64,000 bases of DNA from Dimorphilus gyrociliatus (taxonomy: Eukaryota; Animalia; Annelida). The DNA lies in NCBI GenBank assembly GCA_904063045.1, contig CAJFCJ010000010.1, positions 1,302,001 to 1,366,000 of the forward strand, in the 5' to 3' direction. A model generated the notes under the pieces. The model did no database searches, was not told the origin of the DNA, and saw only the letters and a list, made by a program, of their open reading frames with translations. The translations under genes were made by a program, and so were the position numbers. Positions within the stretch are counted from its first letter, which is position 1; each line of letters starts with the position of its first letter. Positions 58,236 through 64,000 of this stretch are shown here, piece after piece.

Positions 58236-61200
58236 TTACACGAAAGTAACATAAACTATATAGTCAATAGTTTATTTATTTTAAGAGAATACGAATTGAT
58301 TCCTATTTAAAGAGAAATTCTAGAAGAAACAAAGCTCTATAAAAATTTATCTATTATAATCTGTGAACCTATATAAGAAAAAAAAGACGACGCTATAATA
58401 GACATTGATTATTCTTGGAACAATATTTTTATTATATTTACTTATATTTTATTTCTTAATAATATAATAACAAGAGTATTCCCTATCTGTATTTATTAAA
58501 AATTCCTTGTAATTATCTACTAAATTCAAGTCTATAACTCAATAAAAGTAACATATAAATATATATATATAGTGACTCTCCAAGTATTAAGAAACGTTTT
58601 AATAGGAATTTAAAATATAAATCTGGAAAGTATAAAAAAGAGAAACAGGAAAGTTTAATATATCTTTCTTTCCTAAATAGTTCCAGTTATTCGAACTGGA
58701 ATGAAATGTCTATTTTACCAGATAGTTTTAGAGCTTCCTAGACTTTTTACCAACTTGTTATTAGATAATGCTTCTCGAAATCGTCCGATTTCATTGTAAT
58801 GACCGATTAGTACAGTTTAATTACATGGATTGGAATAAGTCCAATTCTCCTTTCACACCTCTTCGAGCACATTTAACAAATTAACAATTTACAAGTTTAT
58901 ATTTTACTATATAATATCTATAAATGTACTTATACTGTACATGTAGTACTTACTAAAGAACTTTTTGACCTAGATAAAAAAAAATCGATAAAAGAAAGAA
59001 AATGTTCTGGAATTGGATAAAAAAGAAATGTAAAAAAATTTGAATTTATACTTTCTTTAATAAGAACACGAATAATCATAGTTTTTAAGTAATAATCATG
59101 CAATTGTTGGTATGAAATCAAATAGTTTATGGAACATATTCCAATGAAAAAGAAAAAAAATAAGGCACGTCATTCACGAAACAGCTTTTTTAAGGGTGCC
59201 TTTATTCGCTAATGATCGATTTTCCTGCATGCTCCACATCAAAACGTGATAAATATTGCCCCGCTTTCATTTTTTACATTTATTAAAGTTTTATTAATCA
59301 AATATTCAAAGACATATGCTGAAATTTATTTATCTTTTTTATTAGATATTTTAATGTTATTGCAATTGCCATTAACTAAAACGTCTTCTCTAGGTATTGC
59401 TACTTTGAGTCTTTCTTTTTTTTTACCTTAAGCAAAAATCTATTTTTTTGATCATCATTCTGCTCTCTTTCCCTATGTCTGTCTATCTGTCTCTCTGTCT
59501 TTCTCTCTCTTCTCTCTCTTTCTCTCTCTATCTCTCTATATCTCTCTGCTTCTGTTCTCGCAATCTTCTACTCTTTGGTTGTCTTTTTTTTACACAATTC
59601 ATCTTCTTTTTCTCTTCTTTTCTAAGATATAAAAGTATTAACATAAATGTATAATTCTTCTTCCCTTCAAAGGAATTACTAGATCAATATTTAAAAAAGA
59701 GATGAACATCTTTATGCAGGACTTGTACTTAAACATCTCTTTTAATATCTGACAAATCTTTGATACATAGATTTTACTATAGAATAATCAAGTTTTTAAT
59801 AAGAAATATACAATGCTTTTAAAATATTTAAACATAAGCCAAAGAGAATTTTGATTGAAAATGTCTTTTAACCATCTATGCCAATAGAAATATTTTATGA
59901 TTTTTCTCTTTTAAATCTCATACATTATTTAATAAGGATAGCTTAAGGCCACGCCGAAATACAAGTATGTAGTTGTAGGTATTAACTTGAAAGCTCCTAA
60001 AATGAATAGGTCATATTAAGTCATATTATTTTTATAATATATGGTATACCATACATATATATTTGTAATAATATGGTTCCCTTTCATAGAGAAAGAATAA
60101 ATTTTTATTCGAATAACATATACGGAAATAAATGAAAATTACCTAATTAATTTACAATTAATTTTGAAGACTTGACAAGAAAAACCATGTTTTATTAGCG
60201 CCCTTTTAAATTGTCACTATAGTATATAGGATATACGTAAAATATAGAATTACGCTCTCTTTCAATGCTTATAACAAAGCAATAGAAAAAAAGTATGAAA
60301 AACTAGATGATCCAATATCATAAATTAAAAGGAAAGAAATATATTAGTTTTCTTTAAAAAGTGTTATTCAATTGATATGATGTAACTTGCAAAAAAATAC
60401 TTTCTTATATTACAAAGATCATCAACTTTATTCTTGTCATTAAATTAAGAAAGTAAGTATCGTAATACTGCTATTGAGAAACCTTTTTCAACCATCATTA
60501 ACTCAAATAGAGGACGCATAGCATTTATATCTTTATAGATATATACTGCACACATAAATATTACTAGTCTTAAAAAATTTTACGCATGCTTCTGTAAATC
60601 GATTACTTTCAGTTTCTTCTTCGATTAGCAGATAACTTACTGGATAGGGAATAAATCTATTCAGGAAAAAATTTTCTATAAAGCAGAAGAGAATAGACAA
60701 GGGAATTTAAAGTAGAAAATATCAATGTTTAATCCTTCTTATTAAAAACTTAATATCTGATTTATTAATTTAATTTCAACAAAAAATTAATTATAACTAC
60801 GATATAAAATATAACTGTCTAATTATTATTTTTAACATCTCAAAAACTATATAACTATTTAAAGTGAAAATTTTATAGCTACTTACTACGTATGTAAAAT
60901 CTTATCTACTTATTACTGATTTTAAAAAATGTCACTTCAGATGCCACCGCCATTTATTTATCTTTTAACTTTAAAACTAACAATTAAATTAATTGAAAAG
61001 TCAGTCTTTTCTATTTTATATATATATATATATTCTTGCCTTTTCCAATAGGAATTACGGAAAGAAGGACAAAAAACTGATTTGGTAGAGAACAGAATTC
61101 CCAAAATACACTTTCCTTACATATTAAGGTCCATATGTCATCAGTTGCGGTAGGCTTACTACTACAACTTCATTTTTTTGTGTCCATCAATATAAATATT

Positions 61201-61934
61201 AAACCAGTAAAATTAATGTACAAACAAACATTGACGAAATATAGCTATGTAAATAAGTATACAGAGTCTTTGTATACAAGCTGTATACAGTGATATATAA
61301 CTCTTTTCTCATATGGGAAATTGCTTATATTAACAATTTTAAAGTATTTAGACTAACGTAATTCACAAATAAGAAAATATACACTGTATGTTTACAAAAT
61401 ATAAAAAAAACTGGTATTTTACAATATACACAGTAATTTACTTTTTCATTTCTATATAAAATGTCTTTTAGACAAAAAATTTGAAAGGAAGAGAAAGAAG
61501 AAAAGAGAAGAAAACTTTATTAATTAAACTCTTCGTTTAATATTGAAAGATTATATCAAACAAAACTTAATTCGGGTAACTCGGTACATCTACATTTTAC
61601 AATTTGTAAGCAGTTGGAATAAAAACAAATAGAAAAAACGATTGAGCTTTCACAATCAATATAAATACAATAAATAAGCTTTCAATTCTACAGCTACTAC
61701 TATAAAAGAATCACGCTGGTATGGTGAGTGCTTATATTGGAATTGAAGATGACGGTTTTATTGCTCTTTATAAACCGTATAACGATATGCAGTTATTCAC
61801 TTTGTTTGTTATAATTTAATATCTTTTACTAAATTATTTGATTATTTTCCTCTTCTTACTAATTACTTACGTTTGAAGATTTGTATCAATATACTCACTT
61901 TCAAATTAAGTATAACAAAAAATTACTGTTTACG

Positions 61935-61971
<37 letters not shown>

Positions 61972-64000
61972 TTATATACTGTATGTACATGTATCAACAA
62001 TATATTCGCCTACACTCTATTTGAACAGTACTAACCAATATGTTGTAACTCGAAGTTATTAATTATATCAATCATAAGAGTATATGTTTAGACTTCTATC
62101 ATCAAAGACAAATTGTCAGACCTATAATTAAATGGTATTTAAAAAAATAAAACGACAGGAAAAATGAAGAGTGGGAAGAGGAAAAGAATATGTGAAAGGT
62201 ATGAGTATTATTATATGAGTTTACAAAGTTGCATGCTTAGTTTGCATTGAGGTTGTGACTACATGCGTTTTCCATCACTAATTACTTGCAGTCGAATGGG
62301 TATCCGCCCTATTTCGCTTGATAAAAAAGAAAATTTTTATCATCTTAGTTGAGATTAAGTTTTATGAATAGATACTTAATCATTTTAAAATTATTGAATA
62401 TAAAAAATATAGTGAAAAGAGTAAATTTTTTCTATAAATAACAACACAAAAACACAAAAGAAACAAAAGAAAAAAACAACATTAACAACAAAAAAAAAAA
62501 GAAAAGTATTTGTCGGATTCATTTTATTAATTTTATACCACTGAATTAAAGGAAATCCGCTCTGACTTACTGCTTTCTTCTCTCACCAAATAAACATAGA
62601 CGCTTCCTTGAATTCATTCTGACATATCAAATGAGGAATAAAATTATAAACTTACGCATAAACTACGATTTATCGTCTTTTCTCCCTTCAATTTTTCTCT
62701 AACATATATTTAATATATTAATTATATTATATCCTACTTCAAATAAATACAATTGTATATATCATTTTATGTTTAATATAAACATAGTTGTAATCGAAGT
62801 CAAGTTTGTCTGTTTTCTATAAACTCCTTTGTAATCTATATAAGGTATATACATTTACATTCATATCGTATATTTTAAGGGCAATTTAAGCTTTATTACA
62901 TTAACTCTTATACAATTATACTCTTTTAGTTCATTTATGTGCATTTCTTTTTTAAATAGATTCATTTTACATCATCTCTTTTAAGGTTTTCTTTTTAATT
63001 TAAGCATTAAAAGACACAATTACTTTACTTGTCAGTGCCTTTTCCGCTCCTTGAGTTCAACTTTATTAAATTATTAATGGTAATTCAAATTTTTTCTTTT
63101 AACTCTTCCTTCATAGATCCATTAGATGGCTCTGTAATGCTATTTTCAATGAATGAGGTAAAGGAAAAACAAAAATTTATTATCAAGATAACATATATTG
63201 ACCGTAAGATGGCGCTATTAATCATTTTTTAATGAAAATTGAGCGCTATCTTTCTTTTTTTGGGTTTTTCAGATGAAATATCTAAACGAACTTTTATTTA
63301 AATTTCATGAAAGGATCAAAAAGGGAGAAAAGGTAAGAAGAAGAATCTTGAAAGTATATGAATTGTTTACTTTCAATTATTAAGGAACAGTAAAGTATAT
63401 ACCTTAATTATAAACAGAAAGAAAGAAAGCCTAAAGCAATCAATTTTAAACGACTTTCATGATAAAGTAAAAATAATAAAGAGTTGAAAAAGAAAAGGTG
63501 AGAAAGAGGATTGAAAACAATTTTCACCAATTACTTAGAAAGTGTGAACGGTCTGGAAAACGGGTGAAAAACTTGAATAACATTTGTTTTATATTCAATA
63601 CTTGTTTCTTTTTTTTTGATTTATTAAGAAAAATAGAAAATGTTAATATTATACAACTTTTTTCAATTGATTAGAATTGCAATAAGCTGTAATCAAAATG
63701 TAAACAAAACATAGTATATAATTAAAAAATGAATAAATAATAGAATGTATAAATAGAGCCGTAAGCAAGAGAATTGAAAGGCAGCAAAAAAGAGTAAAAG
63801 CGTTGAAAATGGAAGTAGAAGATAGATCAGCAAAATTGGTTAATTGTTTGAAGTCATAATATTTTCCTTCTAACGTTATTCGATGTAAATATCTTCGGTC
63901 GGATGTGCATAAGTCATATATTGTTGATAGTACTTTTTAAAGGCATCACTAAAATACAGATTCATTCATATGAAATAAAATCTTTATCTTAAAATTAGAG

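Noticed and set aside
59161-59203. TAAGGCACG (miR-124 5' end) with an inverted GTGCCTT 28 nt later
   Set aside because: Only 9 nt match miR-124, the rest diverges, and the stem is only 7 bp. Such a match is expected by chance at this length.
4535-63232. The many 60-120 aa ORFs rich in F/L/S/I/Y (for example 4535, 6501, 8177, 8803, 11503, 16411, 19270, 24747, 37802, 43477, 57763, 59448)
   Set aside because: They are translations of (CT)n, (TA)n and poly-T low-complexity DNA, often from non-ATG starts.
1-64000. tRNA, rRNA, snRNA, CRISPR arrays, telomeric arrays, prokaryotic operons
   Set aside because: None seen. There are no cloverleaf or conserved rRNA/snRNA blocks and no regularly spaced direct repeats, and the DNA is spliceosomal-intron-containing eukaryotic sequence.

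Overview
Eukaryotic (animal), very AT-rich (roughly a quarter GC by eye) genomic DNA with many microsatellites. By hand-splicing at GT-AG boundaries I reconstruct five multi-exon genes, all encoding membrane proteins. (1) A Cys-less (Pro-loop) pentameric ligand-gated ion channel, minus strand, 6 coding exons, 28296->16912, about 502 aa. (2) An SLC3A1/rBAT-like amino-acid transporter heavy chain, plus, 9 exons, 29878-32648, 665 aa. (3) A DEG/ENaC channel related to the FaNaC/MGIC branch, minus, 4 exons, about 41808->38479, about 553 aa. (4) A divergent TRPM-like channel, plus, 20 exons, 47733-52554, about 1140 aa. (5) A rhodopsin-class peptide GPCR of the FMRFamide/sex-peptide/proctolin-receptor-like group, plus, 53677-55573, about 345 aa. 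Also present: a probable orphan terminal exon near 1.7 kb, two decayed Tc1/Tc3 transposase fossils and a decayed Ty3/Gypsy RT fossil. Most TRPM and SLC3 introns are only 54-126 nt. Together with the gene families this suggests a compact-genome spiralian, possibly a small annelid such as Dimorphilus; this is inference only. Best leads: (a) the pentameric channel has no signal peptide, no Cys-loop disulfide, no sequons in its beta-sandwich, a polybasic kinase-site tail after M4 and an ELIC-like M2, so it may sit in the membrane inverted, with its ligand-binding domain in the cytosol; (b) the GPCR helix-8 exon can only be joined through a non-canonical GG-AG intron; (c) 14 hand-counted TATA-CAG-TATA / TATA-CTG-TATA motifs match canonical Tc1/mariner excision footprints; (d) a perfect palindromic RFX X-box lies in the channel intron 4. 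All gene models are manual and no database searches were run. I found no tRNA, rRNA or CRISPR features.
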